Positions 1 through 10,270 of a stretch of DNA of 64,000 bases are shown here, one piece after another. The position numbers were made by a program, and so were the translations under genes. Source of the DNA: Desulfobacterales bacterium (GTDB lineage Bacteria > Desulfobacterota > Desulfobacteria > Desulfobacterales > UBA5852); the NCBI GenBank assembly GCA_963674755.2, contig CAXXVS010000002.1, positions 1,760,001-1,824,000 of the forward strand, read 5' to 3'. The notes below the pieces were generated by a model. The model worked only from the letters and a program-made list of their open reading frames with translations, searched no databases and was not told the origin of the DNA. The first letter of the stretch is position 1, and each line of letters begins with the position of its first letter.

Positions 1-1
1 C

Positions 2-361
2 TGCTACACCGGTCTGCCCGGCTATACGGATGCCTGCGAGGCCTGCGGGGCGACTTTTAAAAACGCCCGGAAAGCGGCCCTGCGTTCATTATTGCTGCCG
101 GGTTGGGGCGACTGGTATCTCGGCCACCGTCTCTTGGGAGGGCTCGAGCTCATCGGGTCGCTGTTCGTGTGGTCCATCGTTTTCAGCCTGCTGACCCAGG
201 GCGGGGCCGAAGATGCCGGGGTGGCCGTATTCATCCTGCTGTTCTACAATGGTTTCGATGCCCTGCTGACACGCCACATGGCCCGCAAGGGCATCATGCT
301 GGAGGCCCGGGCATCGACGACCGCCCAGACGCAAACCCGGCTGGCCGCGGCGCGCGTATAG
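2..361 (+). CDS. Membrane protein with Cys motifs, 5'-partial
   Basis: Frame is open from the window start (CYTGLPGYTDACEACG...SLLLPGWGDWYLG) and followed by two hydrophobic segments. Confidence 0.7.
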   Translation, partial: CYTGLPGYTDACEACGATFKNARKAALRSLLLPGWGDWYLGHRLLGGLELIGSLFVWSIVFSLLTQGGAEDAGVAVFILLFYNGFDALLTRHMARKGIMLEARASTTAQTQTRLAAARV

Positions 362-444
362 GCGGGTTGAAACGTGAGGGCCTAATCTACGGTGGGGTCG
401 CGTCAGGGCAGGCAAAGCAGGCGTTTACGTCTATTCACAATCCG

Positions 445-567
445 CTAATGCTGGAAAAGGAATAAGAGCAGGAACCGCCCGAAGATCAGCAGCAGAATCA
501 GGGGAATGACCCACCAGGGCAGGTGTTTGAAATAGCGTTGAAAATCCCGGTGGGTCGGATATTTCAT
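445..567 (-). CDS. 40-aa single-TM small protein
   Basis: MKYPTHRDFQRYFKHLPWWVIPLILLLIFGRFLLLFLFQH*, directly downstream of 584..1021; below the ORF track cutoff. Confidence 0.45.
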   Translation of the reverse strand: MKYPTHRDFQRYFKHLPWWVIPLILLLIFGRFLLLFLFQH

Positions 568-583
568 GGGCGTAATCGCCGTT

Positions 584-1021
584 TCAGGCCGCCCGCGCTT
601 TGTCGAGCCATTCCAGAGCGTCTTCCAAGCGCTTAAAAATCATCAGCTGGCGGGAGGTCTTTTCATCGATGCCACGAAAAGCTTCATACATCCGGGAAAG
701 CCCATAGGATAGGGTGTCCCCCACAACGATGGCGAACCGGCCCGATCCTACGGACGCATCCATGCCGGCCGCCAGGTAGGCCACCGCTTCCAGGCCCTCC
801 GTGGTCACCTCGATCTGCTCCAGGGTCCGGAAGTCGATCAGTTCGTCAAAACCGTGGCGTGCGGGGTCGCTCCAGACCGTTTTCTGGTAATCCATGAGAG
901 CGGCATCGGTCACGATGCTTCCCCAGGTGGTCGTCACTCGGCGGCGTGTGCTGTCGATCTTGATGTCGTAAATGGGTTCGGGTTCCTTTCCGGCAGGATC
1001 GCTCAGGGCCTCTTTATTCAT
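584..1021 (-). CDS. Hypothetical protein (STAS/SpoIIAA-like fold)
   Basis: ELIDFR...FAIVV...YGLSRMYE...IFKRLEDALEWL pattern. Confidence 0.7.
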   Translation of the reverse strand: MNKEALSDPAGKEPEPIYDIKIDSTRRRVTTTWGSIVTDAALMDYQKTVWSDPARHGFDELIDFRTLEQIEVTTEGLEAVAYLAAGMDASVGSGRFAIVVGDTLSYGLSRMYEAFRGIDEKTSRQLMIFKRLEDALEWLDKARAA

Positions 1022-1137
1022 GCTCCCACAGCGGCTGGATGTCATTTTCCGTAAGAAGTAATCCCCCACCGTGCCGGCGTCAAGAGCGAGGCCGGCCCCT
1101 CGCGTGCGGAACCGTCGTCTCCCAACCGTCTGAGATG

Positions 1138-2664
1138 CTAAAGGTTGAATTCAATCCCCTGGGCCAGGGGCAGTGAAGTTCCCCAGTTGATGGTGTTGGT
1201 CTGTCTGCGCATATAGGCCCGCCAGGCGTCGGATCCGGACTCCCGGCCGCCACCGGTTTCTTTCTCGCCCCCGAAGGCGCCCCCGATTTCGGCCCCCGAA
1301 GTGCCGATATTGACATTGGCGATGCCGCAGTCCGATCCCGTGGCGGCCAAGAACGCTTCCGATTGGTGGAGGGAGGCCGTGAAGATGGCCGAACTGAGCC
1401 CCTGGGGTACATCGTTGTGCATGCGGATGGCGTCCTCCAGCTTGTCGTAGCCGATGATATAGAGGATCGGGGCAAAGGTTTCGCTCTGGACGATGGGCAG
1501 GTGGTTCTGGGCTCCCACCAGGGTCGGTTCCACGTAAAAGCCCCCGGGCACCGCTTCCAGTCGGCTACCCCCGTAAAGTACCTCGGCGCCCTGGGCGCGG
1601 GCCTGACCCAGGGCCGCCATCATCCCTTCCACCGCGGCCGCGTCGATCAGGGGGCCCATGAGGGTTTCGGGTTGGCGGGGATCCCCGACGCGCACCTGCC
1701 GGTAGGCCTTGATCAGGGCCTCCGTGAAGCGTTCCCGGACCGAAGACTGGACAATGATACGACGGGTGCTGGTGCAGCGCTGGCCGGCCGTGCCCACCGC
1801 ACCGAACACGGTGGCCCGCAGGGCCATGTCCAGATCGGCGTCCTCACAGATAATGATGGCATTGTTGCCCCCCAGCTCCAGCAGGCTGCGTCCCAGGCGG
1901 CGCGCCACGGTGGTGCCCACATGGCGGCCCATGCGGGTGCTGCCGGTGGCGCTGATCAGAGGCAGACGGGGATCGCCGATCATGGCTTCGCCCACCTGGG
2001 CGCCGCTGCCGATAACCAGATTGAAGACCCCCTTCAGTTCGAATTCCTCCAGAACCGGCGCGATGATATTGTTGATGGCGATGGCCGTGAGCGCCGTCTT
2101 GGAGCTGGGCTTCCAGATCAGGACGTCGCCGCAGACGGCGGCAATGAGGGCATTCCAGGACCAGACCGCGGCCGGAAAGTTGAAGGCGGTGATCACCCCC
2201 ACCGGCCCTAAAGGATGCCACTGCTCCATCATGCGGTGCTGGGGTCGTTCACTGGCGATGGTCAGGCCGTAGAGCTGCCGGGAAAGCCCCACCGCAAAAT
2301 CGGCGACGTCGATCATTTCCTGGACTTCCCCCTCTCCCTCCGCCGTGATCTTGCCGGCTTCCAGGGTAATCAGGGCGCCCAGCAGGGTCTTGAATTCCCG
2401 CAGACGCAGTCCGATCCGGCGAACCACTTCTCCGCGCAGGGGGGGCGGTGTGCGGCGCCACTTTTCAAACCCTTCCCGGGCGGCGGCCACCACAGCATCA
2501 TAGTCGTCGGCCGTGGCCTGCTGAATTCGGGCGATGGGCTGCCCGTCGATGGGCGAGACACTGGTCAGCATTTCCCCGCCGGTGCTCAGCCAGCCGGCGG
2601 AACCGCCCGTCGTGGCGCCGCTGTTGATGGATGCCAGTCCAAGCCTGTCAAGTAGCGCTTCCAT
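1138..2664 (-). CDS. Aldehyde dehydrogenase, ALDH7 / piperideine-6-carboxylate dehydrogenase-like
   Basis: ITAFNFP, WKPS, ATGST, LELGGNN, GQRCT, ETFAP, FGGEKETGGGRESGSD motifs; AAGGAG RBS before ATG 2664. Confidence 0.92.
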   Translation of the reverse strand: MEALLDRLGLASINSGATTGGSAGWLSTGGEMLTSVSPIDGQPIARIQQATADDYDAVVAAAREGFEKWRRTPPPLRGEVVRRIGLRLREFKTLLGALITLEAGKITAEGEGEVQEMIDVADFAVGLSRQLYGLTIASERPQHRMMEQWHPLGPVGVITAFNFPAAVWSWNALIAAVCGDVLIWKPSSKTALTAIAINNIIAPVLEEFELKGVFNLVIGSGAQVGEAMIGDPRLPLISATGSTRMGRHVGTTVARRLGRSLLELGGNNAIIICEDADLDMALRATVFGAVGTAGQRCTSTRRIIVQSSVRERFTEALIKAYRQVRVGDPRQPETLMGPLIDAAAVEGMMAALGQARAQGAEVLYGGSRLEAVPGGFYVEPTLVGAQNHLPIVQSETFAPILYIIGYDKLEDAIRMHNDVPQGLSSAIFTASLHQSEAFLAATGSDCGIANVNIGTSGAEIGGAFGGEKETGGGRESGSDAWRAYMRRQTNTINWGTSLPLAQGIEFNL

Positions 2665-2924
2665 GGTGAACTCCTTTGATGATGTCTTCCGTAAAATAAA
2701 AAAAGGTAATGCGGAACGGCAGAACACGCAAACCATACGCCATATCACTTTTGATATCAATTGCCCCTCCGCCTAAAAATCGTCTTGACGGCGTCAGGAC
2801 GGCTGGTATGGTTAAGGCCGCTTCGCTCCGCAGCGCTGCGGAGCGCTTGCCAACCTGATGGCCCGCCGTGACGGCCGACATGCTGCCGGCGGGGTGGTTA
2901 CGCAACCCGGAAAAGGAGGAGAAA

Positions 2925-4004
2925 ATGGCGCCGATCAAAAGCTTACTGGTCAAGGGAAGTGTTTTTGCGCTTGTTGCCGCTGTGCTGGCACTGGCCGTGC
3001 CGGCCGTCCAGGCGGCCAACTTCAAAAAGGAATACAAGCTCCAGGTCAACGTCGGCCCTTCCTTTTACTGGGGCATCGGCGCCACCAAGTTTGCCGATCT
3101 GGCCCGGGAAAAGACCAACGGCCAGATCAACATCAAACCCTATTTCGGCAGCGCCCTGCTCAAAGGCGCCCAGCTCAAGTCGGCCCAGATGGTGGCCAAG
3201 GGGGTCATCGACTGCGCCTATGAATCCACCATCAACATTTCGCCGGTCATCCCCCAGGCCAACATCTTCCACCTGCCCTTCTTCATCAACACCTTCGAGA
3301 ATCTGGACAAGATGAAAGCCGGCCAATCGGGTCAGGCCGTGTTCGCCGCCATGGAAAAGGTCGGGCTGCAACCCCTGGCCTGGGCGGAGAACGGGTTCCG
3401 CCAGGTGACCAACAGCAAGCGGCCCATCAAATCCCCGGCCGATCTCAAAGGCCTGCGCATCCGCGTGGTGGGCAACCCGCTTTTCATGGACACCTTCCGC
3501 CAGCTCGGCGCCGATCCGGTCAACATGAACTGGGGCGACGCCCAGACCGCTTTCCAGCAGGGGGTCGTGGATGGCCAGGAAAACCCGGTGGGGGTGTTGA
3601 TTCCGGTCCAGATCTGGCAGTACAACAAGTATGTCACCATGTGGAACTACCTGGTGGATCCCCTGGTCATCTACTGGAACCAGAAGCAGTGGCAAGCCTT
3701 TCCGCCCGCTATCCAGAAAGCCTTGCAGGAGGCCGCCTTGGAATCCGGCCGGTTTGAGATCGCCCTCTGCCGGGCCGGGCTGGATGGGGACAAATCCATC
3801 AACATACTGAAAAATGATTTCAACTACACCATGGAGGTGCCGGACCCGGTCAAATTCATGGAATCCAAGGGCATGACCGTGACCTTTCTGGACGACGCCC
3901 AGGTGCAAGCCTTTGCCGAAGCCACCGCACCGGTGCTGGAGAAATATACCCAGGAAATCGGCGCCGACCTGGTGGAGAAGGCCCGGGCCGACATGGCCCA
4001 GTAG
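2925..4004 (+). CDS. dctP: TRAP transporter substrate-binding protein
   Basis: Signal peptide, ENGFR, DLKGLRIR, GVVDGQENP; AGGAGG RBS. Confidence 0.93.
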   Translation: MAPIKSLLVKGSVFALVAAVLALAVPAVQAANFKKEYKLQVNVGPSFYWGIGATKFADLAREKTNGQINIKPYFGSALLKGAQLKSAQMVAKGVIDCAYESTINISPVIPQANIFHLPFFINTFENLDKMKAGQSGQAVFAAMEKVGLQPLAWAENGFRQVTNSKRPIKSPADLKGLRIRVVGNPLFMDTFRQLGADPVNMNWGDAQTAFQQGVVDGQENPVGVLIPVQIWQYNKYVTMWNYLVDPLVIYWNQKQWQAFPPAIQKALQEAALESGRFEIALCRAGLDGDKSINILKNDFNYTMEVPDPVKFMESKGMTVTFLDDAQVQAFAEATAPVLEKYTQEIGADLVEKARADMAQ

Positions 4005-4147
4005 AACCAATCTCAAAACAGTTTTTTCGCCCGATATCGGCGTTGAAGCCGCGTCTCACGTCCTCGGCATACTGGAGTATGCCTGCGGGTTGATACTCGG
4101 CTTCGCCTTGATCTCGAACGAAAACCCTAATTTTGAGACAGGTTCTA
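4002..4147. mobile_element. 146-bp MITE-like element, copy 1
   Basis: TIRs tagaaccaatctcaaaa / ttttgagacaggttcta with TA at both ends; internal hairpin ggcatactggagtatgcc; supplies the dctP stop codon. Confidence 0.75.
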
Positions 4148-4259
4148 TCCCTTCCGCGGATCGCATCACGTCTTATCGGGGCAGCCGTTACGGGCTGTCC
4201 TGGTCGCCGCGTACAGGCATCCATACGGGAATGCTATCAGACAACCGGAGGCCGGCTTT

Positions 4260-4739
4260 TTGAAGACCCGCAACCCTATCCGACTCGATCACGGGATCGC
4301 CGCCCTGCTGCTCATGACCATGGCGGTGATCGCCTTCGTCAATGTCCTGAGCCGCTATTTTATCAATTTTTCCATCGGCGCCACCGAGGAGATCACCATC
4401 AACCTCTTCGTCTGGATGACCGTGGTGGGCACGGGCATCGCTTTCGAACGCGGGGCCCAGCTGGGCATGGTGACCTTCTACAACCTCTTCCCGCTCAAGA
4501 TACGCAAATACCTGGTGGTCTTCAGCGCCTTGCTGGGCGCGGGCCTCTTCGTGCTGGTCGGCATCTATATGATCCAGGCCATCTACGATGAAATCACCCT
4601 GTTCCAAGCCTCCAGCGCCTCCCTGGGCATCCCGGTGTGGGTCTACTACGCCGGGGTGCCGCTTCTGTCGGTGTTCGTTTTCCGGGGCATCTACCGCGGG
4701 GCCCGAACCCGCCTGGCGGCCCTGGAGGAGGACGCCTGA
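4260..4739 (+). CDS. dctQ: TRAP small permease
   Basis: Four TM segments, NVLSRY and TEE motifs; GGAGG RBS before TTG. Confidence 0.9.
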   Translation: MKTRNPIRLDHGIAALLLMTMAVIAFVNVLSRYFINFSIGATEEITINLFVWMTVVGTGIAFERGAQLGMVTFYNLFPLKIRKYLVVFSALLGAGLFVLVGIYMIQAIYDEITLFQASSASLGIPVWVYYAGVPLLSVFVFRGIYRGARTRLAALEEDA

Positions 4740-6028
4740 TGGAAGTGCTCCTCATCGGCTCGGTCTTCCTGGTCCTGATGATCCTGGGCGTGCCCATCGG
4801 CACCGCCCTAGGGGTGGCCGGGGTGGTGACCATCTACCAGTTCGACCTGGGCATCGAAATGCTCGGCGTGAATTTTTCCTCGGGCATCGCCTCTTTTCCC
4901 CTTTTGGCGATCCCGTTCTTCGTACTGGCCGGAGTGATTCTGGACCGGGCCGGACTGGCGGCCACCATCGCCCGCTTCTTCGAACTCCTGGTGGGCAAGG
5001 CCACGGGCGGACTGGCCATGGTGGCGGTCATGACCTGCATCTTCTGGGGATCCCTGTCCGGCTCCGGACCCGCCACCACCGCCGCCGTGGGCATGATCCT
5101 GCTGGCCCCCATGATCAAGCACGGCTACGACAAGAGCTTTGCCGGGGCCACCATCGCCAACGCGGCGGATCTCTCCATCATCATCCCCCCCAGCATCGCC
5201 TTCATCATCTATGGCAACATCACCAGCGTGTCGGTGAGCGCCCTTTTCGTGGCCGGCATCATTCCCGGACTGCTGACCGGCGCAGGCACGGTGCTGGTGG
5301 CCTATCTGATTTCCCGCAAGCGGGGCTACCGGGGCCTGGGGCAGCGGGGCACACCCGCCGAGCTGTGGCAGGCCTTTAAAAAATCCATCTGGGCCCTGCT
5401 GGCACCGGTGGTCATCCTGGGAGGCATCTATTCCGGGATCTTCACCCCCACCGAAGCGGCGGTGGTGGCGGTCTTCTACAGCCTTTTCGTGGCGGTCTTC
5501 ATTTACCGCTCCATCGGCTGGCGCGACATGATCGAGATGCTCGTGGACGCGGCTGTGACCAGCTCGGTCATCATGTTCATCGTGGTCTTCGCCGGCATTT
5601 TCACCTGGACGGCCTCGGTCATCGGGGTCATCGACAAAGCGGCCAACCTCATCGTAAGCGTTTCCCCCAACGCCGTGGTCATGATCATTCTGATCGATCT
5701 GCTGCTGCTGGCCCTGGGCATGGTGCTGGACGCCATCAGCATCTCCTACCTGCTGATGCCTATCCTGATCCCGGTCCTGCAGGCCTTCGGCATCGATCCG
5801 GTCTGGTACGGCGTCATCTTCATTTCCGCCCTGGCCGTGGGTCAGGCCACCCCGCCGGTGGGCGTCAACCTCTTCACAGCGGCCAACCTGATCGGAAGCG
5901 ACGTGGATGCCGTGGCCAAAGAGGCCATTCCCTATGTCCTCATGGACGTCATCGTCCTCATCATCCTCTCGCTGCTGCCGATCCTGTCCCTCTACCTGCC
6001 GATCAAGGCCGGGCTTTACACGCCCTAA
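4739..6028 (+). CDS. dctM: TRAP large permease
   Basis: FPLLAIPFF, SGSGPA, IIPPS, FTPTEAA, TPPVG; TGATG overlap with dctQ. Confidence 0.95.
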   Translation: MEVLLIGSVFLVLMILGVPIGTALGVAGVVTIYQFDLGIEMLGVNFSSGIASFPLLAIPFFVLAGVILDRAGLAATIARFFELLVGKATGGLAMVAVMTCIFWGSLSGSGPATTAAVGMILLAPMIKHGYDKSFAGATIANAADLSIIIPPSIAFIIYGNITSVSVSALFVAGIIPGLLTGAGTVLVAYLISRKRGYRGLGQRGTPAELWQAFKKSIWALLAPVVILGGIYSGIFTPTEAAVVAVFYSLFVAVFIYRSIGWRDMIEMLVDAAVTSSVIMFIVVFAGIFTWTASVIGVIDKAANLIVSVSPNAVVMIILIDLLLLALGMVLDAISISYLLMPILIPVLQAFGIDPVWYGVIFISALAVGQATPPVGVNLFTAANLIGSDVDAVAKEAIPYVLMDVIVLIILSLLPILSLYLPIKAGLYTP

Positions 6029-6038
6029 AGGACACCCG

Positions 6039-6848
6039 ATGCTCAGTTTCGGTCTGCTGGCCGCCGTTAAAATCCTCGTGTCCGTTCTGATGGTGGTCGT
6101 TCTCAGCCTGATCGCCGAGTGGGCCGGCCCGCGGGTGGCCGGCATCGCCTCCGGCTACCCCCTGGGGGCCGCCATCAGCCTGTTTTTCATGGGGCTGGAA
6201 ATCAGCCCCGCGTTCGCGGCCCGGAGCGCCATCTATACCGCCGCCGGGCTGGCGGCCACGGTCGCCTTTGTGGGAGGCTATCTCGTGGGGCTGCGTCTGG
6301 CCGAAGGCCGGTCGCGTCCGGCGGCGTTGATTCTGGCCGTTCTGCCGGCGATAGCGGCTTATGGCATGGCGGCCGGGGCCCTGGCCCTTGTGACCGTAAA
6401 CTGGGTGAGCGCCCCCTTGATCGCCATGAGCAGCATGATCCTGGCCAACCGCCTTTTCCGCCGCATCCCGGACACGGCCATCCGCCAAACCATCCGTCTG
6501 AGTCTGGGGGTAACGCTGCTGCGGGCCTTCTTCGCGGCACTAGTCATTTTGCTCATCACCGGCGCCGCCCGACTGGTGGGATCCGACTGGGCCGGTCTCT
6601 TTTCGGCCTTTCCCATCACCATGCTGCCCCTGCTGGTGATCATCCAGTTCACCTATGAACCGGCCCACGTTCGTACGGTCATCAAAAACGTCCCCCGGGG
6701 ACTCGGCGCGCTGCTCATCTATGCCCTGGTGGTGGCGGCTTCCTATGCAGACCTGGGCATTGGCTGGGGAACCGTTTTGGGCTACCTGGTCGCCACAGCC
6801 TATCTGGTGATTTTAGAGCATGTCCGTAAAGTGTTTGGTTGCGCATAA
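6039..6848 (+). CDS. Multi-pass membrane protein with internal two-fold repeat
   Basis: Repeated GPRVAGIASGYP / GSDWAGLFSAFP motif; about 9 TM segments; co-oriented with the TRAP operon. Confidence 0.8.
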   Translation: MLSFGLLAAVKILVSVLMVVVLSLIAEWAGPRVAGIASGYPLGAAISLFFMGLEISPAFAARSAIYTAAGLAATVAFVGGYLVGLRLAEGRSRPAALILAVLPAIAAYGMAAGALALVTVNWVSAPLIAMSSMILANRLFRRIPDTAIRQTIRLSLGVTLLRAFFAALVILLITGAARLVGSDWAGLFSAFPITMLPLLVIIQFTYEPAHVRTVIKNVPRGLGALLIYALVVAASYADLGIGWGTVLGYLVATAYLVILEHVRKVFGCA

Positions 6849-6951
6849 AAATTTTCCCCCCTTGCATTGTGCCGAATCGTGTCTAGGATGAGTTCAGTGT
6901 CGGCGCACACAAAGGCGGCGACAAAATCCTAAACAAAATGGAGGCAGACTT

Positions 6952-7140
6952 ATGGAATCCATGCCTACGAGAGATACAACCGGTAAATGCCAAGGCGAAT
7001 GCCGCGACCGCGTACACGAAGGGGAACAGGAACGTCAGCGTGACATCAAATCCCAGGCCTACAGCTCACCCAACCCCGACAGCCCTTCCTGGACCAAGGG
7101 CCGCAAGGAACAGCCGGCGGTCTGGGGCGGACGCGTCTAG
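6952..7140 (+). CDS. Small hypothetical protein (62 aa)
   Basis: GGAGG RBS 7 nt upstream; GC hairpin downstream at about 7197-7218. Confidence 0.5.
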   Translation: MESMPTRDTTGKCQGECRDRVHEGEQERQRDIKSQAYSSPNPDSPSWTKGRKEQPAVWGGRV

Positions 7141-7267
7141 ACGCTGCGTCCCGCCCCGCATTCGTGATGCATTCACCGAATGCGGCTGAATTCAACGGGG
7201 CCGGCCCTGCCGGCCCCTGTCATTTGATCCCCTGCTCCATCGCCCCTACCCCTATAAGGAGGCGCCT

Positions 7268-7729
7268 ATGAGTGACATCATCCACCAGTCCGAAATCACC
7301 ATAACCCGGGTCAAGGGACCTACCCGCAAAGCTGTCATCAAGGGGTTTGATCAGCCGGTCTATTACGGTGTCCACGGCGGCATCAAAGGCTTCTACAAGG
7401 TCGATCCCGAGGAGGAGCATGCCGCCACGCTGGATCACGTGGTGGGCGCCGTGGGCGGCTGAATGATGGGCACATTTGCCGCGGTGCTGGCAAAAAAACG
7501 CATTCCCACCCCTGCCGATCGTTTCCAAGCCGATGTCAAGGGCGAGATCGAAGCCGTCGGCGGCGTCCTCAAAATTACGCGGATCAACGTCCACTACACG
7601 CTGAAAACGCCGTCCGACAAACATGGCGATGCCCGCACGTGCTTCGAGACCTACCTGCCGGGCTGCCCGGCGGCCCAGAGTGTCATCGGCTGCATCGACA
7701 TCAGGCATACCCTGGATCTAAGCCAATAA
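7268..7729 (+). CDS. OsmC-like selenoprotein (Sec at TGA 7460-7462), 153 aa
   Basis: Two adjacent in-frame ORFs joined by TGA at the OsmC first-Cys position (AVGG-U-MMGTF); second Cys in CPAAQS; AAGGAGG RBS; SECIS-like hairpin follows. Confidence 0.85.
7475..7494 (+). promoter_or_regulatory. Putative bacterial SECIS hairpin
   Basis: tttgcc-gc-ggt-gc-t-ggcaaa; G-initiated apical loop 20 nt after the UGA. Confidence 0.65.
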
Positions 7730-7751
7730 TATCAAGCAAAGGGAGGTTCTT

Positions 7752-8741
7752 TTGCCCCGAATTGTCCGCTTTCATGAAACCGGCGAAGCCGATGTCCTCA
7801 AGATAGAGGAAAGAGCGCCGGAGGAACCCGGCCAGGGGGAAGTTCGCCTTAAGGTGGAAGCCTTCGGCCTCAACCGGGCCGAAGTGCTGTTTCGCCAGGG
7901 CCTCTATCTCGAAGCACCGGAACTGCCCTCCCGGATCGGCTATGAAGCCACCGGCGTGGTGGATGCCGTCGGGCCCGGGGTGGACGATATCAAGGTCGGC
8001 GATCGGGTCAGCACGATTCCCTCCTTTTCCATGCGGCAATACGGCGTCTACGGCGAAAGCGCCGTGGTGCCGGCCTTCGCTGCCGCCCCCTACCCGGCCC
8101 ATCTGTCGCCAACGGAGGCGGCCGCCATCTGGATGCCCTACATGACCGCCTACGGCGCCCTGATCGCGCTGGGCAAATTGCAGCCGGAGCAGGTGGCCTT
8201 GATTACGGCCGCCAGCAGCAGCGTGGGACTGGCCGCCATCCAGATCGCCAAATCCGTCGGCGCAGTGGCGGTGGCCACCACCCGGGGATCGGACAAGAAG
8301 CCGTTTCTGCTGGAGGCCGGTGCCGATCATGTGATCGTGACCGACCAGGAAGACATGGCCGCGCAGATGAAAGGCCTCGGCTCCGGCAAAGGCGCTAATC
8401 TGGTGTTCGATCCCGTGGCCGGTCCCTTTTTGGAAAAGCTGGCCCAAGCGGCGGCCCCCGGCGCCACCATCTTCGAATACGGCTCCCTCTCCATGGCACC
8501 AACGCCCTATCCCCTGTTCGACGCCCTGGGCAAGGGGTTGAGCGTGCGGGGTTATGTGCTGTTTGAAATCGTACAGAGTCCTGAACTGCTGGCCGCGGGC
8601 AAGCAGTTCGTCACCGCAGGGCTGACCTCCGGCGCCCTCCACCCCACCGTGGACCGCACTTTCCCTCTGGAGGAGATCGTCGAGGCCCACCGTTACATGG
8701 AGTCCAACCGGCAGAAGGGCAAAATAGTTGTGACCGTATAA
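7752..8741 (+). CDS. NADPH:quinone oxidoreductase-like MDR protein
   Basis: GLNRAE, GYEATG, ITAASSSVGLAAIQ, AHRYMESNRQKGKIVV. Confidence 0.9.
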   Translation: MPRIVRFHETGEADVLKIEERAPEEPGQGEVRLKVEAFGLNRAEVLFRQGLYLEAPELPSRIGYEATGVVDAVGPGVDDIKVGDRVSTIPSFSMRQYGVYGESAVVPAFAAAPYPAHLSPTEAAAIWMPYMTAYGALIALGKLQPEQVALITAASSSVGLAAIQIAKSVGAVAVATTRGSDKKPFLLEAGADHVIVTDQEDMAAQMKGLGSGKGANLVFDPVAGPFLEKLAQAAAPGATIFEYGSLSMAPTPYPLFDALGKGLSVRGYVLFEIVQSPELLAAGKQFVTAGLTSGALHPTVDRTFPLEEIVEAHRYMESNRQKGKIVVTV

Positions 8742-8793
8742 TTGCCATTAGGTAAACCCCCGGCTATGCCGGGGGTTTACCTAATGGCAATTA
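8739..8793. repeat. Perfect 26-bp-arm inverted repeat (REP-like or bidirectional terminator)
   Basis: taattgccattaggtaaacccccggc-tat-gccgggggtttacctaatggcaatta between convergent genes. Confidence 0.85.
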
Positions 8794-8810
8794 GAACATG
8801 CGGGGCGCTA

Positions 8811-9764
8811 CTAAAGTGAAAAATCAAGACATATTTTCCCAACTGTGCGCTTGGTCTCAATATGCCGGTGTGCATCCGATGCTTGGTTTGCAGGATACTT
8901 TTGTTCGAGGTGCGGTATTATCAAACCGCTTTCGATCCATTCCTTTATTTGTCTCAAATCTTCTGATTGAGAACTAACAAATACAAATCTGCTTGTTTTG
9001 GTGATACCAAGTCGCGCCATAGTTTCCGCCAAAATAGTTGCTCGTTTAGGGACTGTACTCACATAGATTCCACTTTTCCCTAGTTGCCTGACAAATGCAG
9101 ACCTGGTAAATTTGCCAAAAACATCAAATACTGAGTCGAAAGAAAGATCGATATCAGTTGCAAGGCGATCTGCATAACTGTAAGTGCTATCGGCACCAAG
9201 TGACTCGACGAATTCAACATTTTTAGGACCGCAAACTGCGTGTACTTCAGCCCCCATGATTTTGGCAATTTGAACAGCAAAATGCCCAACACCACCGCTG
9301 GAACCATTTATAAGCACTTTATGTCCTGTCTTAACTTTGCAGCAATCTCTGAGGGCCTGCAAGGCTGTTTGAGCCGCCAATGGAACACAAGATGCTTCCT
9401 GAATTGAAATATTAGAAGGAGCGTAAAAAAATTCGGTTTGATTCAGCTTCGCAATCTCGGCATGAACCCCGCCAGCAAAGTTGTTTGTCATTCCAAATAT
9501 CAAATCGCCAACAGAAAAGTCATTAACATCTGAGCCAGTAGCAATGATTTCTCCTGCTATATCCAACCCAGAGGCTCGAGGTAAAGGATCTCTGGCTAAA
9601 GTTTTGCTGAACTTACCTTTCCGAAGAAGCGCGTCTTTAGGGTTGACGCCCCCGGCAATTGCCTTGATCAAAACGCTCCGAGCCGACAGTTCTGGGTCTG
9701 GCCAATTATCCGTCCATTCCAATTCATCGGGAGAGCCGAATCTTCTATAGATAAGTGCCTTCAT
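8811..9764 (-). CDS. NAD(P)-dependent MDR oxidoreductase (AT-rich)
   Basis: GVNPKD, GLDIAG, INGSSGGVGHFAVQIAK, GKICL. Confidence 0.9.
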   Translation of the reverse strand: MKALIYRRFGSPDELEWTDNWPDPELSARSVLIKAIAGGVNPKDALLRKGKFSKTLARDPLPRASGLDIAGEIIATGSDVNDFSVGDLIFGMTNNFAGGVHAEIAKLNQTEFFYAPSNISIQEASCVPLAAQTALQALRDCCKVKTGHKVLINGSSGGVGHFAVQIAKIMGAEVHAVCGPKNVEFVESLGADSTYSYADRLATDIDLSFDSVFDVFGKFTRSAFVRQLGKSGIYVSTVPKRATILAETMARLGITKTSRFVFVSSQSEDLRQIKEWIESGLIIPHLEQKYPANQASDAHRHIETKRTVGKICLDFSL

Positions 9765-10270
9765 AAAATGATTTCCTTTTTACTTTTTGGAGCTATGTGA
9801 AAGATCGGAAAGCCTTACCTGATACGTTTAGCAGATAACCCCATTAAAACGAACTTGCTAAAACCTGCGATTACGGATTCATAGCTGTTGATCTGTAATT
9901 TTCAATTGATTAGAAAACTCGCAGATTGAGATAATCCCACGAAAACCGTGCCGCTCAAAACCTTTGATTACGTGCCAGTCACCCAGCGTGCCCAAATCAT
10001 ATAGCGCTGCTGAATATGCTCCGGCAATTCAAAATGCCAGCGCCTGATCCATCATACGGATCGGCCACCTCAAAAGTTCGACGCCCCGATAAATGCAACA
10101 CATAGCAGAAAGAACGATGTTGGCAGTTTTTCAGACTCGTTGGTAGTATATATGTTGCTGAACGAAACGGTGACTGAAACCATCTTTCTTTCGATATTTA
10201 TTACAACCTTGACCATCGCCTGTCTTCATTTCAAATATTGCTGCGAGGCGTGACCTTTTAAGAAGGGCGG

